From a virus (lineage: Duplodnaviria; Caudoviricetes), in the IMG/VR virus record IMGVR_UViG_3300012157_000005, positions 1-35,826 of that record: DNA of 35,826 nt; one strand, written 5' to 3'. The notes under the pieces were generated by a model. That model saw only the letters and a list, made by a program, of their open reading frames with translations. It searched no databases and was not told where the DNA came from. This document shows, piece by piece, positions 1 through 9,772 of the stretch. The first letter of the stretch is position 1; the number at the start of each line of letters is the position of its first letter. The translations under genes were made by a program, and so were the position numbers.

Positions 1-843
1 AAAGAATAAATCTACATATCCGTCTTGTGTTGTTGATACAGCAAAATCCCCATCACAGGTTGCTTGAGCTAAAGCAGCTGCGTCTGTAGTTCCAGATGTA
101 TTCCATAAAGAAAAAGTAAAATCAGAACCAGCAGCATTGTTTGCCATACCAACATGTAAACCAATAACTCTACACTTAAAAGGTACTTGAAATCGTAAGG
201 CTCTTTCATCAGGAGATGCACCACTGTTAAATGTAGTTACAGTTCCAGCACCATCCAAAGGAGAAAGATTAGGTAAATAAATAACTCCAGCTGTTCCAGT
301 TGTTACAATCCATTCAAGTTGCCCATTAGAAGAAGCAATCCCAGTTCCTGCCCAAGTTCCGGCACCAGCATCTAAAAGAAGCAATGGATAATGTGCGTTG
401 CGACTTTCCTTTCCCAACACATCAGAACACACAGAGAATTGCATATTTGGAGTACCACTAGAATTGACAACAACAATAGCAATTTCATCACCTGCAGTAA
501 TATTGGCAGCAGAAGTAAGAGTTACAGTTTTCCAGACACTATCATCACCATTAGCTACAACTACAGTTCCATTAGTGTTTGCTGCCCATAGAGTGCCAGA
601 AGGACGACCATTTGTAACAGTTTCAATTCTAATCTCAATTGTACTTCCAACTGTAACTGTGCCAGTGCGAAAACTGACCGTAGTAATAGTATCTGTAATT
701 GGAAAGTTACCTACCCATGCAATTCTATCAGTTACTGAGTCAAAAGTTAAAGTTGGATTTCCTAAGGCAGATGATAAAGCTCCACCATCTACCATTGGCA
801 TTGGATAATATAAAAATGTTGGCAGAATTGATTGAAGTGTCAT
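1..843 (-). CDS. Virion/tail fibre-like beta-rich protein, 3' end truncated by the window edge (not in ORF track)
   Basis: ATG at 843, 1 nt after the stop of 845..1081. Open to position 1 by manual translation (MTLQSILPTFLYYPMPMVDGGALSSALGNPTLTFDSVTDRIAWVGNFP...DGYVDLFF). Rich in T/G/A/V/S; lies in the structural operon. Confidence 0.8.
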   Translation of the reverse strand, partial: MTLQSILPTFLYYPMPMVDGGALSSALGNPTLTFDSVTDRIAWVGNFPITDTITTVSFRTGTVTVGSTIEIRIETVTNGRPSGTLWAANTNGTVVVANGDDSVWKTVTLTSAANITAGDEIAIVVVNSSGTPNMQFSVCSDVLGKESRNAHYPLLLLDAGAGTWAGTGIASSNGQLEWIVTTGTAGVIYLPNLSPLDGAGTVTTFNSGASPDERALRFQVPFKCRVIGLHVGMANNAAGSDFTFSLWNTSGTTDAAALAQATCDGDFAVSTTQDGYVDLFF

Positions 844-844
844 A

Positions 845-1081
845 TTAAATTACAATTGTTATACCAGTTTGTAATAATGCTCTAGTTTGTGCAAGAGTTC
901 GTCCTATTTTTGCTAATCGTATAATCATTTTAACAAAAATTATAATATCTTCCTCAGAAATAGATTCTGAGATATGTGTAGTCTGTATGGGTATAGAGGC
1001 TATGGCATCTCCAGTTACTACAAACTGTAAATGGCCACCTCCAATACAAGTATTGGTTAAACGTATTGTAACTGAGGACAT
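845..1081 (-). CDS. Hypothetical protein, tail region
   Basis: 78 aa ORF tightly packed in the minus-strand operon. Confidence 0.65.
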   Translation of the reverse strand: MSSVTIRLTNTCIGGGHLQFVVTGDAIASIPIQTTHISESISEEDIIIFVKMIIRLAKIGRTLAQTRALLQTGITIVI

Positions 1082-1115
1082 AAATAATTATAATAAATGA
1101 AAGGATTAAACTATA

Positions 1116-1571
1116 TTATTCTTCCCATTCAATATTTGCTTCAGCATTAATTGCAGCACCAGTTCCGCGATTAGCTCTAATAGCATATCCCTTAGCAGCA
1201 GCTGCAGCACCTTGAATTTCAGGTTCACGTCCAAGAGGATATTGAATAACAAGACCAGAAGATGGAGGAACATTATATGTTTTAAGAACAGTGACTGTTC
1301 CTTCTGATGCCGGAAGTTTCTTGGCTGCTGCACCAACAGCTACCTGACCATCACGTTGAGAAGAAGGTGTTACAGCAGTTCCAGCAGCAGAAGCCGCAGT
1401 AACTTCAACAAGTTGAACACGAACAGGAACATCAGTTGCAGAGACACCTGAAAAAGAGATTGAGGCTTCTGTAATTGTTGCTTTTCTATTAGCCGGTGGA
1501 TTGACCTCTAGGATTGTTGACATTACTGCTGGAACTGCTGCGGCTTCTGCTGTTGCAGCATACAAACTCAT
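1116..1571 (-). CDS. Putative virion structural protein (Ala/Val-rich beta protein)
   Basis: 151 aa; AAGGAG SD upstream; structural operon context. Confidence 0.75.
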   Translation of the reverse strand: MSLYAATAEAAAVPAVMSTILEVNPPANRKATITEASISFSGVSATDVPVRVQLVEVTAASAAGTAVTPSSQRDGQVAVGAAAKKLPASEGTVTVLKTYNVPPSSGLVIQYPLGREPEIQGAAAAAKGYAIRANRGTGAAINAEANIEWEE

Positions 1572-1610
1572 GATAACTCCTTAACTGATTAACAGCATTA
1601 TTTATATAGT

Positions 1611-1874
1611 CTAAAACACAAATGGTACTGCTGATGCAATAAATGGAATGTGTGATTCAGACAATCCACCACCTATTGCATCTATAACGACATCTAACTC
1701 ATCGTTAGCAATATCATCTGTTACTGTTATTATTATATTTGTTCCTTCAATAAGATTAATTCGTGGACGATTTCCAATATTAAGACCAGTATTTTTTCTA
1801 AGTATAACAGTATTAGAACCTGGATCACCTTTTGGGCCACGAGAAGTATAAACTGAAAAATAACGAGAACGCAT
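1611..1874 (-). CDS. Small tail-fibre-related protein
   Basis: 87 aa with a short collagen-like GPKGDPG and a segment (RINLIEGTNIIITVTDD) resembling fibre repeats. Confidence 0.6.
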   Translation of the reverse strand: MRSRYFSVYTSRGPKGDPGSNTVILRKNTGLNIGNRPRINLIEGTNIIITVTDDIANDELDVVIDAIGGGLSESHIPFIASAVPFVF

Positions 1875-1881
1875 TTTTACC

Positions 1882-2106
1882 TTATCCTATGAAATCAGCA
1901 TCATCATATAGCATTTCAACATTTGCTTGATTACTTCCAGTTGTCATTCCTTGATCTCTAAGAGCAGCAAACTCTTGTGCAAGTTCTGGCATTTCTAATA
2001 CTTGAAAGACACTAGCAATTCCGTGATAAAAGGCCATGCGTTGTTCATGTGGATAGCCAGAAGAATTTGGAACATCTTTGAGGGCATTAACTAAATTCAT
2101 ATCCAT
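1882..2106 (-). CDS. Hypothetical virion-associated protein
   Basis: Probable start is the ATG at 2106 (MDMNLVNALK), 1 nt after the stop of 2108..2494; the track's longer start overlaps the upstream gene. Confidence 0.65.
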   Translation of the reverse strand: MDMNLVNALKDVPNSSGYPHEQRMAFYHGIASVFQVLEMPELAQEFAALRDQGMTTGSNQANVEMLYDDADFIG

Positions 2107-2107
2107 A

Positions 2108-2494
2108 TTACATCCTATTATGTTGAACTGCTTTTTGTGTATCTTGCCAAGCACGAACTCCAGTTATCCAAAGTATTCCATCTGTATCAAATCTAACAGC
2201 ATGTAACTCAGTTGCCTCATTCTTATCAATCACAAGATATTGATTGGCCGGCACCAAGACTGCATCAGCAAGATAAGCAAGGGAAGCAGGCACAGATGCA
2301 GCAAGAATTCCTAATCTGACAATACAATCTTGAGTTGCATATAAAACAAGAATTTCAATATCTGTAGAAAGAGCAATTTCTTGGTCAGCAGAAGTAAAAT
2401 TAATTCGCCCAAGTCCATGAAGTCTTATAACTTCAAGAGGTATTGGTTCTCCTAATGGTGTTGTTAATGGATAAAGACGACGGGCTTCAGCCAT
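2108..2494 (-). CDS. Hypothetical virion protein
   Basis: 128 aa ORF in the packed operon. Confidence 0.7.
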   Translation of the reverse strand: MAEARRLYPLTTPLGEPIPLEVIRLHGLGRINFTSADQEIALSTDIEILVLYATQDCIVRLGILAASVPASLAYLADAVLVPANQYLVIDKNEATELHAVRFDTDGILWITGVRAWQDTQKAVQHNRM

Positions 2495-2503
2495 ATTTAA
2501 TTT

Positions 2504-2911
2504 TCATAATTTTGCATCAACTTTTACTTGATTTTGCATATGTTCTTTGTATAACTTCAATGCCTCATCAGCTGCTGCAAAATCTTCTGGCTCTTTAGTT
2601 ACTTGAGCTAACCTACGTAAGGCAATTTCAGTTAATTTTAATTGAGTACCATAGTTTCTATTGACTAAAATATGTGTACTGTCTAGAACATTACTAATAT
2701 TATTAAGTTTGTTAGAAGTAACCACATTGGATGTTATAAGTGTTGTACGAACACCTTCTACTTTTGATTCTGCAACAATGGAGCGTGCTCCTGCTGCAAC
2801 ACTTGCTTGAACAATAGCTGTTTTAGTTTTAGTTGATGTCCAAGCCTGTATTCCAGCAATTAGTACAGCTGATGCAAATATAAAAAATGCTTGCCAAAAT
2901 GGATCACTCAT
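2504..2911 (-). CDS. Putative holin or other lysis membrane protein
   Basis: N-terminal hydrophobic helix (FWQAFFIFASAVLIAGIQAW); GAGGAG SD; directly downstream of the endolysin. Confidence 0.5.
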   Translation of the reverse strand: MSDPFWQAFFIFASAVLIAGIQAWTSTKTKTAIVQASVAAGARSIVAESKVEGVRTTLITSNVVTSNKLNNISNVLDSTHILVNRNYGTQLKLTEIALRRLAQVTKEPEDFAAADEALKLYKEHMQNQVKVDAKL

Positions 2912-2926
2912 ACTCCTCTTTCATGG

Positions 2927-3316
2927 TTATTTTACTCCTTCATGTTCCAACGAGAAATGATTTCCGTCAGGTTTTGGATTTCCATTTTTATCTTTGAAAT
3001 CTCCACCCCATCTGCACAATGGATGCAAGGATTTCCATTTCTCACCTAATGGACGATAAGCTTCTGAATCTCTTTGATATATATCTTCATCAGCTTCTAG
3101 TGAAGAATCTTTGAAAAGATTAAGATCAATAGCCAACTTAATATAAAGAGAATGAAGAGTGTTAGAAATACCAATACCAGCCGCCACATTTGCATTTGCT
3201 TCCGCTTTTGATCTAACAGTTTGGCCAAATGATAACTCGTAATCGTTTTCATAAGCCCAAATAATTAATTGTCCAACAAGATGAACAAAAAGTCGTTGTT
3301 TTTCTCCAAGTGTCAT
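2927..3316 (-). CDS. Endolysin, peptidase M15 family (L-Ala-D-Glu peptidase-like)
   Basis: MTLGEKQRLF start (TAATG overlap with the upstream stop); H...AIDLN, RWGGDF and DGNHFSL motifs typical of phage M15 lysins. Confidence 0.85.
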   Translation of the reverse strand: MTLGEKQRLFVHLVGQLIIWAYENDYELSFGQTVRSKAEANANVAAGIGISNTLHSLYIKLAIDLNLFKDSSLEADEDIYQRDSEAYRPLGEKWKSLHPLCRWGGDFKDKNGNPKPDGNHFSLEHEGVK

Positions 3317-4215
3317 TAGTTCCTCCTTGCCCAAGTAAATCCAATTGTTGAAACATTATACTTATCTATAGTAGCTGTAGTTGAACGAGCAGCAATAAGT
3401 CCTGTTGTGCTTGTTCTGATATGCAAATTGCTACCACCGTCTACAGCTGCTGGAGCTGTAATAGTATACATAGGTGCTGCAGTAGTAGAAGGTGCTATAT
3501 CTGCTTGATCCGGACAATAAATATAAGCAACACAAGCACCCGCATCAGAAATTCCTATATTTAATATTGCTATTACAGAAAAGTTTAGTGGAACTTTAAC
3601 TGGATCAGTACGTTTAGCTGTTGTCAAGGTATTAATAAGATTAATGTCTAATGTTGGTGTAGTCCATAGTAATTCAATACCACCACCTTCAGTTTCATAA
3701 GTAGTAAATAAGACAATAGCAGCACCAACACGTTTAATCCAGCCAATTAATCGTCTGTAATCATAATTTGCCGGCATAGTAGGAGCTGTTGCAGATAGAG
3801 AAAAAAGAACATCAATAACACCAGTGTCTGAACGCCCAATAAGATGGATATAATAATCACTATTAGCTATTGAACCAGTATCAAGACCACCTTGATTTGT
3901 TCCAACAGCCCAAGCAGCATCAAGACGCTTTGTTATAGCTGTTGTAAGAATTAAATCAAATACATTAGTTGAGTCTTTTGCAGAACCTATTGCAATATCA
4001 ATATCATTAGTAGGATCACCTGCACTGTTTGAATATGTAAGTCCATGTATGTGTCTGGGTGGAATAAAACTACCAGAACCGGGGATAAGTTTAAATTCAG
4101 TTCCACTATCATTCTTATAATACCAAAAACCATCTTGTTTAAAATAAAGTACTACTTTACCAGAGGCAGGTGTTGAAGGAGATTCTGCTTCTTCTGTTGA
4201 ATAAATTTTACCCAT
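3316..4215 (-). CDS. Tail fibre or tail protein
   Basis: 299 aa; segments GGLDTGSIANSDYYIHLI and PTMPANYDYRRLIGW resemble phage tail fibre domains; structural context. Confidence 0.65.
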   Translation of the reverse strand: MGKIYSTEEAESPSTPASGKVVLYFKQDGFWYYKNDSGTEFKLIPGSGSFIPPRHIHGLTYSNSAGDPTNDIDIAIGSAKDSTNVFDLILTTAITKRLDAAWAVGTNQGGLDTGSIANSDYYIHLIGRSDTGVIDVLFSLSATAPTMPANYDYRRLIGWIKRVGAAIVLFTTYETEGGGIELLWTTPTLDINLINTLTTAKRTDPVKVPLNFSVIAILNIGISDAGACVAYIYCPDQADIAPSTTAAPMYTITAPAAVDGGSNLHIRTSTTGLIAARSTTATIDKYNVSTIGFTWARRN

Positions 4216-4227
4216 TCTTGATTTCCC

Positions 4228-4425
4228 TTATACTATATGTAACTGGCCGACAATATCCAAACTTCCCGTGCCATTTATAAAGAAATCTTCACCAAAAATA
4301 ATCTCATATCCATCTGCAATTGTTAAAGTCTCACCACTATCTACAGAATCTTTATTGACTTGAAAAGTATGGGCATTAGTATCTAAAATATCTTTTCTAG
4401 CATGAAAAGCAGGCCTTAAATGCAT
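4228..4425 (-). CDS. Small hypothetical virion protein
   Basis: 65 aa ORF in operon. Confidence 0.6.
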   Translation of the reverse strand: MHLRPAFHARKDILDTNAHTFQVNKDSVDSGETLTIADGYEIIFGEDFFINGTGSLDIVGQLHIV

Positions 4426-4436
4426 TATTAGTCTAC

Positions 4437-5009
4437 CTATCCTATTACCTCAACACTTGAACCCTTAAAAGCTTCCCAAAATAAAAGAGCACGAGCAAAG
4501 TAACGTGCTGATTCTGTTGTTTCACCAATATCTTCTAAAATTCGTGATCTTGCAAAGTCTTCAACAGCTGTTGCCATTTCATCAAGAATCCAATCTGTTT
4601 CACCATCAGCAGTCATAACTATATGATATTGAAAATATCCAATCTTTAAGGATGATTGCAATCTAGAAAGCTTAAATGCAATATTATTTCCTGAACGATG
4701 CCAAACATCAAGACATTCTTGTCCATTTTGAAAAACTTTCTTAGGATCACGCCAATCAAGATTTTTAAAATAGCCAGCTGGTTTAATATAATCAATTGTT
4801 TTAAATCTAACAAATGGTGATGCTGTTATATCAAAGGATTGAACGTAATCAGATCCTGAAATTGCAAAATCAAAATCAACACGATCATGTGGAAAATTTG
4901 CAGTAGCAAAGAATGCAACAGCTGCATTAACAGCAGTCCTAATATCAGAGATCTTATCAGGACGTTTTGTTTTTGATGCAACTGTTGCAATCATTGCGCC
5001 AAATGACAT
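4437..5009 (-). CDS. Putative head-tail adaptor (tail tubular protein A-like)
   Basis: 190 aa, two genes after the major capsid; size, position and helical-beta-helical layout fit podovirus adaptors. Confidence 0.5.
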   Translation of the reverse strand: MSFGAMIATVASKTKRPDKISDIRTAVNAAVAFFATANFPHDRVDFDFAISGSDYVQSFDITASPFVRFKTIDYIKPAGYFKNLDWRDPKKVFQNGQECLDVWHRSGNNIAFKLSRLQSSLKIGYFQYHIVMTADGETDWILDEMATAVEDFARSRILEDIGETTESARYFARALLFWEAFKGSSVEVIG

Positions 5010-5021
5010 AAAAATCCTAAT

Positions 5022-5456
5022 TTATGAGTTATCTAGTTTTTGTTCTTGTTGCTCCAATGTAAGATCTTTTTGATCTGGTAATGGAAGAATTTCAGGTTGT
5101 ATCATACGAGCAGCTTGATAGAAATAAGGAGATACTTCTGTAACTTTTACGTGTCCTGAAAGTTTCTTAACAAAATCTCTTCTAACTGTTTCAATCTCAA
5201 CTGGATTATTAGTAATGAAAAAATAATCTTTAAAATCTGCTTTACGACCTGGACCAACAAGAAAACGAAAAGAGGCAATTGATGAATGAAAATAGACAGT
5301 TTTATCATCAGAAGAAGCAATTCGTGAAGATTCAATAAGTTCAGCAGAAGAAGCAGAAGCCTCTGCCGGTTGCTTAGCTTTGGCTTCTGCTTCTAGCTTG
5401 GCTCTTGCTACTCTCTCAGAAAAGCTAAGAGTAGTTTTGCCATTTGATTCTGACAT
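5022..5456 (-). CDS. Hypothetical protein downstream of major capsid
   Basis: 144 aa ORF in operon. Confidence 0.7.
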   Translation of the reverse strand: MSESNGKTTLSFSERVARAKLEAEAKAKQPAEASASSAELIESSRIASSDDKTVYFHSSIASFRFLVGPGRKADFKDYFFITNNPVEIETVRRDFVKKLSGHVKVTEVSPYFYQAARMIQPEILPLPDQKDLTLEQQEQKLDNS

Positions 5457-5469
5457 TTAGATTCTCAGA

Positions 5470-6690
5470 TTAACCCGCAGCGCCGGCAGTAAGATCGTAA
5501 ATGACAAAACAGCCATTTGGATTCATGAGTTCAACAGCAAATTCAGTAGTAAGAGAACCACCGTTTGCATCAACACCGTTTGCATTGTTTTTGCCAGTTC
5601 CACCAAATTCTTCAACTTTAGTATCTCTGCCTTCCATATATGCAAGTTTAAGAGCTGGCATATCAAGACCAACTGTAAGATCATCCATTCCAGCAATACC
5701 ATTAAGAATTGGGTGCTCCATTAGAATAAGATTACCTTTATAGAATTTAAAACGTTGGAAGGAAAAGCCAAAGCCTGACTGATCTGGAAGAAGTTGAATA
5801 GTTCCATTAAGACGTGCAATTTCATTAAATACTTTCATTGCCTTAGAACCACAGAAAGCAAGTCTTGTCTTAGCATCTCCCATATTGTGTGAAAATCTCC
5901 AAGCTTCTTCTAACATATCAATGAGTTGTGTCATGTTTGTAGTTGCACCAGCAGTAAATATGTTACCAGGAGCATATTGAGTAGTTGCATCAATAATACC
6001 TTGTGTAGCATGCAAGGGTTGAGCACCGGAGGTATCCATTTTAGCTTGTCCAAATAGAATTGCTGCTTCAATATCAACACTGTGTAGAGTTGAGCAGTCA
6101 AGACGACTTTCAGAGATATTGGTAAAACCAAGTTCTATTGCAGAAGCACGAGCTGTATCAGTAAGTGCCCAAGCATCACGGAAAATCTGTGTAAAGGTTG
6201 GAATATGAATAATCGTCATACCACGAGCAGTTGGACGTGAAGAACCTTCAGCATAAGCTGACCCTACTACAACAAGAACTTGATTATCAAAGATTGCAAC
6301 AGGAGCAACACGACCAAAGGCACGAGTAACAGTAATTTGTGTGGCTGAATCAACAGTAAGAACACGAAGATTTTCTCTAGTTGTAGGATTGTAAAGAACC
6401 ATATTTGGAAGAATTCCAGCTGTTGAATCAACAACTAAAACTGTATCAACAGGAGAATAGCCAGTTGGTGAACCAGCAGCTTGATTGATTTGAACACTTC
6501 CAAAGACAAGAGTTTTTGTAAAGTAACCGTGTGTTGAACTGATAGCTTTGCTTTTGCCAGTTTGTGAGGTAAGACCAAAGATAGGAAAAGAACCATCAGG
6601 ATAAAGACGAAGCATTGTTGCAGCAAAAGAGCGTTTGTTAAGTTGAGCTGGATTTACTGTGGTATTGAAAACTGACGTATAGAACGCCAT
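5470..6690 (-). CDS. Major capsid protein (DUF5309/SU10-like, HK97 fold)
   Basis: 406 aa; TQIFRDAWALTDTARA and DIEAAILFGQ motifs resemble DUF5309-type capsids; AAGGAG SD; follows portal and scaffold. Confidence 0.85.
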   Translation of the reverse strand: MAFYTSVFNTTVNPAQLNKRSFAATMLRLYPDGSFPIFGLTSQTGKSKAISSTHGYFTKTLVFGSVQINQAAGSPTGYSPVDTVLVVDSTAGILPNMVLYNPTTRENLRVLTVDSATQITVTRAFGRVAPVAIFDNQVLVVVGSAYAEGSSRPTARGMTIIHIPTFTQIFRDAWALTDTARASAIELGFTNISESRLDCSTLHSVDIEAAILFGQAKMDTSGAQPLHATQGIIDATTQYAPGNIFTAGATTNMTQLIDMLEEAWRFSHNMGDAKTRLAFCGSKAMKVFNEIARLNGTIQLLPDQSGFGFSFQRFKFYKGNLILMEHPILNGIAGMDDLTVGLDMPALKLAYMEGRDTKVEEFGGTGKNNANGVDANGGSLTTEFAVELMNPNGCFVIYDLTAGAAG

Positions 6691-6715
6691 TTAAAACTTA
6701 CTCCTTTCCTTTAGA

Positions 6716-7534
6716 TTATGCAGCTTTTTGTTGTTGCTGTCCTTGTTGTTGTTGATCTTCTGAAGGTTGTAAGTAAGCAGACCAATCATCAATAACTACT
6801 TCATCTTTCCCACGTTTTTGTTGTTCAAGTCCAGTCAACTGCTGGAAAGCTTTGGGATTAATGGCTTTCGCCATTTCAGTGAAGTATTCCTGTGTCAGTG
6901 TTGCAACTTCATCATCTGTTGCGTCAGGAAATTTGGCAGCGATCTTCTCAGAGATCATTGACATATGTTCCCTAACAACAGGATTATCTGACACATCTGG
7001 CCCACTTACTGCTTTTGATTTTGCAAGGTAATTACGTAGTGCTGTAGGGAGACCTTGCTGCTCATGTTTAACACGTGCTTCAACAAAGTGACCAGTAAGG
7101 CCGGTCGCATGTTCTAATGCACGTGAGTAAGCTTGTCTGCCGGCAAAGTTAATTGCAGCTAGGAGAGTCTTTCCGTCAATGGCATCACCTGATTGGAGTT
7201 TCTGCACTATTTCATCAGGTAAACCTGCCGTAAAGTCCATCTTTCCTGCTGCTTCCTTTACTTTGTCAGCGGCCAATAAGAATTTAGGAGGTTCATTCTT
7301 TCTTTGAGTTTCAGCATCAGGAGGAGAAAAGAGTCCTTCATATATAGACATTGCATCATTAGATTCTTCGCTACCATCATCTTGCTGTTGTTGTTGCTGC
7401 TGTATTTTTGGTTTTCCTGTTGCTGGATCTATTTCTTGTTGACTTCCAGACTTGATAACAGGTTTTCCACCCTTTCTTTTTTGAAAACGTGCAAAAATGC
7501 TATCAAGTATTCCTTGTTGGGGTGCTTGTGGCAT
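6716..7534 (-). CDS. Putative capsid scaffolding protein
   Basis: 272 aa, helical and charged, with poly-Gln tracts; lies between portal and capsid; AAGGAG SD. Confidence 0.65.
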   Translation of the reverse strand: MPQAPQQGILDSIFARFQKRKGGKPVIKSGSQQEIDPATGKPKIQQQQQQQDDGSEESNDAMSIYEGLFSPPDAETQRKNEPPKFLLAADKVKEAAGKMDFTAGLPDEIVQKLQSGDAIDGKTLLAAINFAGRQAYSRALEHATGLTGHFVEARVKHEQQGLPTALRNYLAKSKAVSGPDVSDNPVVREHMSMISEKIAAKFPDATDDEVATLTQEYFTEMAKAINPKAFQQLTGLEQQKRGKDEVVIDDWSAYLQPSEDQQQQGQQQQKAA

Positions 7535-7829
7535 TTGCTACTCCTTGTGTGGGTTGATTCTTGTGAATTTGAAGCAATGTTTCAATAACATTGATTCCAC
7601 CTTTCACAAAAACCTGTTGCATTGCATACAATTCCTTATTTGCAAAGTACGTCTTAAGATCAATTTCTGTGTGATCCTTGTATAGATCGTTTTTAAGATG
7701 TTTTAGATATTTTATGACTGAGGGATTGGAAAGAGCCGTCGAAATAGCTGCCAAGTCTGCATTAGATAAAGGAATATCCTCAATTGAAAGAGTAATTTTG
7801 TCTAAAATCTCAACTGATGTTGGAATCAT
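7503..7829 (-). CDS. Hypothetical head assembly protein
   Basis: 108 aa; ATGA overlap with the portal stop. Confidence 0.7.
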   Translation of the reverse strand: MIPTSVEILDKITLSIEDIPLSNADLAAISTALSNPSVIKYLKHLKNDLYKDHTEIDLKTYFANKELYAMQQVFVKGGINVIETLLQIHKNQPTQGVANATSTPTRNT

Positions 7830-9748
7830 ACTGGTTGTGTTGTTCCTGATTGATTTGTTTGTTGACCTTGAGCAGATTGAACTTGTGGCATAAATTGTTC
7901 AAGTCCACGAACACCACCAACACTTAAGAGATAAAGAAACATCTTTGGAAGCATTTGGCCCATTGTTTGTTGCAAAACTTGTGAAGATGAAAGAAGTTGA
8001 ATTCCACCCATAAGAACCTCTGTTGAAGCAATCTTATCAGCAGGAAGAAGTCCATCAGCCAATTTGAAATTGTTTACAATCTTACGCATATCTTCAAGTT
8101 TCTTAGTAGTAATCTCATAAACTTCACCAGAACTCATATTTTGATAACTTCCAGATACTCCATATTGATAAATATTTAGCTTAATTTGTTCTTTGATTGG
8201 TAACATTTGCTGATATTCAAGCATAAGAGCACAATTTCTCATACGACCATAAGAGCCAGCCATTGTATCATCCCATTCTTGTCTTGATTTATTACCTTTT
8301 TGAAATTGACCACGTTGAGGTTTATTTACACCATTTAGATCATCAGCCATTTCAGACATTGCACGCATATCTTGAACAACTGTCTCAGTTCCCCTTGAAT
8401 CAAATGGAATTGATTTATAAAGATCATCAATCTTCTTACCACCAAGCAGAGCATTAGCCTTATAGGGAATTTTGGCCGCTGGATAGGGGGAATTAACATC
8501 ATTGGGATTTAATGCAGTAGAGTCATATATAGCACGGTCAACGACGGCTCTACGAGCTGCATTTAAACGAATTGAAAAAAGCTTTGAATTTGCTTCTTGG
8601 AATGGAATTGCATTTTCAGCAGTTGTCATTGTTTGATATGAGAAGCCATCTTCCAAAGGTTGCCCAATGAAAACAGGAAGCATATCGTAAATCGTGAAAA
8701 TCCTTTTTGCATACACAAGTTTTTCATGATTTACGAAACAAAGTTTCCAAACTTGAGGAGTTCCTTTTTTAGGAACATTTACCATTTTATGTTCTTCTGG
8801 AATAATACGAGCATAAAGAGTTACATACTCATAAACATCAGACATACGAGATGCACGATCAATACCACTTTTTTGTTTTTGTTCAGTAAGATATGCCATC
8901 CAATCCATCATTTGACCATTGCGTAGAGCTTTGTTATTTATAAGCTTTGATATCTGTGGCTTTTCTGTATAGTAACCAAAAATATCAGTAGTAGGAGTAG
9001 ATGTAGCACTAAGCTGTGATCCCATTGCTTGTGATGTATGATATCCATTACCAGAAGATTCATGATAAGCAAGTTTACGTTTTAATTCGATACGGGAGAT
9101 AATTTCTATATGGCCAGTATACTCACCACAGTAAGGAATATCAACAGGATTAACTCGACCATCTATAATAGTATTATAAGGATCCCATGCACGTAATTTA
9201 TTAATATTGTATTGAGTTGTTTCAACTTTATTCTTTGTTGGTTCAAGATAATTTGATGTAAAGTTATAAAGATCAAGAGATGACCAGTCTACTTCAATTG
9301 CTGAAAAATTATATTTGACTGCATCCTTAAAAGATAAAGCAAGTTGACGCTGATAGCGACCACGTGTTGCATGGTCATCAATAATTGCTTGGAGTTGTTC
9401 ACCTTCTAATATTGTATTGGGTGTAGAAATTACAGGAAATATTGGATAACCTGATAGATAAATATCATTAAGGTAGGAGACATAAGAATCAACTTGTGAA
9501 ACAACAATTGGAACAGTTATTTCATCAATATTGATACCACAGGCAACTTGACCAGCAGAAGAATCATCAACACCATCTGTTCCTGTTTCTTGTGCTGCTT
9601 TGTAGCGAGCATACGCAATATCTATAAACTCCATCTTATCACGTAATTCTTGTTGCTTTTGATGGATATCAAGTATCACACCGCAATACTTGACTAAAGA
9701 TGCTTGCGCGTCTGCTGTAAGTCGGCCTACTTGTGGAGCTTGGGCCAT
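7826..9748 (-). CDS. Portal protein
   Basis: 640 aa directly after TerL; size, position and Q-rich C-terminus fit a podovirus portal. Confidence 0.8.
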   Translation of the reverse strand: MAQAPQVGRLTADAQASLVKYCGVILDIHQKQQELRDKMEFIDIAYARYKAAQETGTDGVDDSSAGQVACGINIDEITVPIVVSQVDSYVSYLNDIYLSGYPIFPVISTPNTILEGEQLQAIIDDHATRGRYQRQLALSFKDAVKYNFSAIEVDWSSLDLYNFTSNYLEPTKNKVETTQYNINKLRAWDPYNTIIDGRVNPVDIPYCGEYTGHIEIISRIELKRKLAYHESSGNGYHTSQAMGSQLSATSTPTTDIFGYYTEKPQISKLINNKALRNGQMMDWMAYLTEQKQKSGIDRASRMSDVYEYVTLYARIIPEEHKMVNVPKKGTPQVWKLCFVNHEKLVYAKRIFTIYDMLPVFIGQPLEDGFSYQTMTTAENAIPFQEANSKLFSIRLNAARRAVVDRAIYDSTALNPNDVNSPYPAAKIPYKANALLGGKKIDDLYKSIPFDSRGTETVVQDMRAMSEMADDLNGVNKPQRGQFQKGNKSRQEWDDTMAGSYGRMRNCALMLEYQQMLPIKEQIKLNIYQYGVSGSYQNMSSGEVYEITTKKLEDMRKIVNNFKLADGLLPADKIASTEVLMGGIQLLSSSQVLQQTMGQMLPKMFLYLLSVGGVRGLEQFMPQVQSAQGQQTNQSGTTQPV

Positions 9749-9772
9749 CTTCTCAGCCTTTTCCTTATTCTG

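Noticed and set aside
391-808. Plus-strand ORFs 391..591 and 398..808
   Set aside because: Antisense shadows of the minus-strand gene 843..1, which fits the operon.
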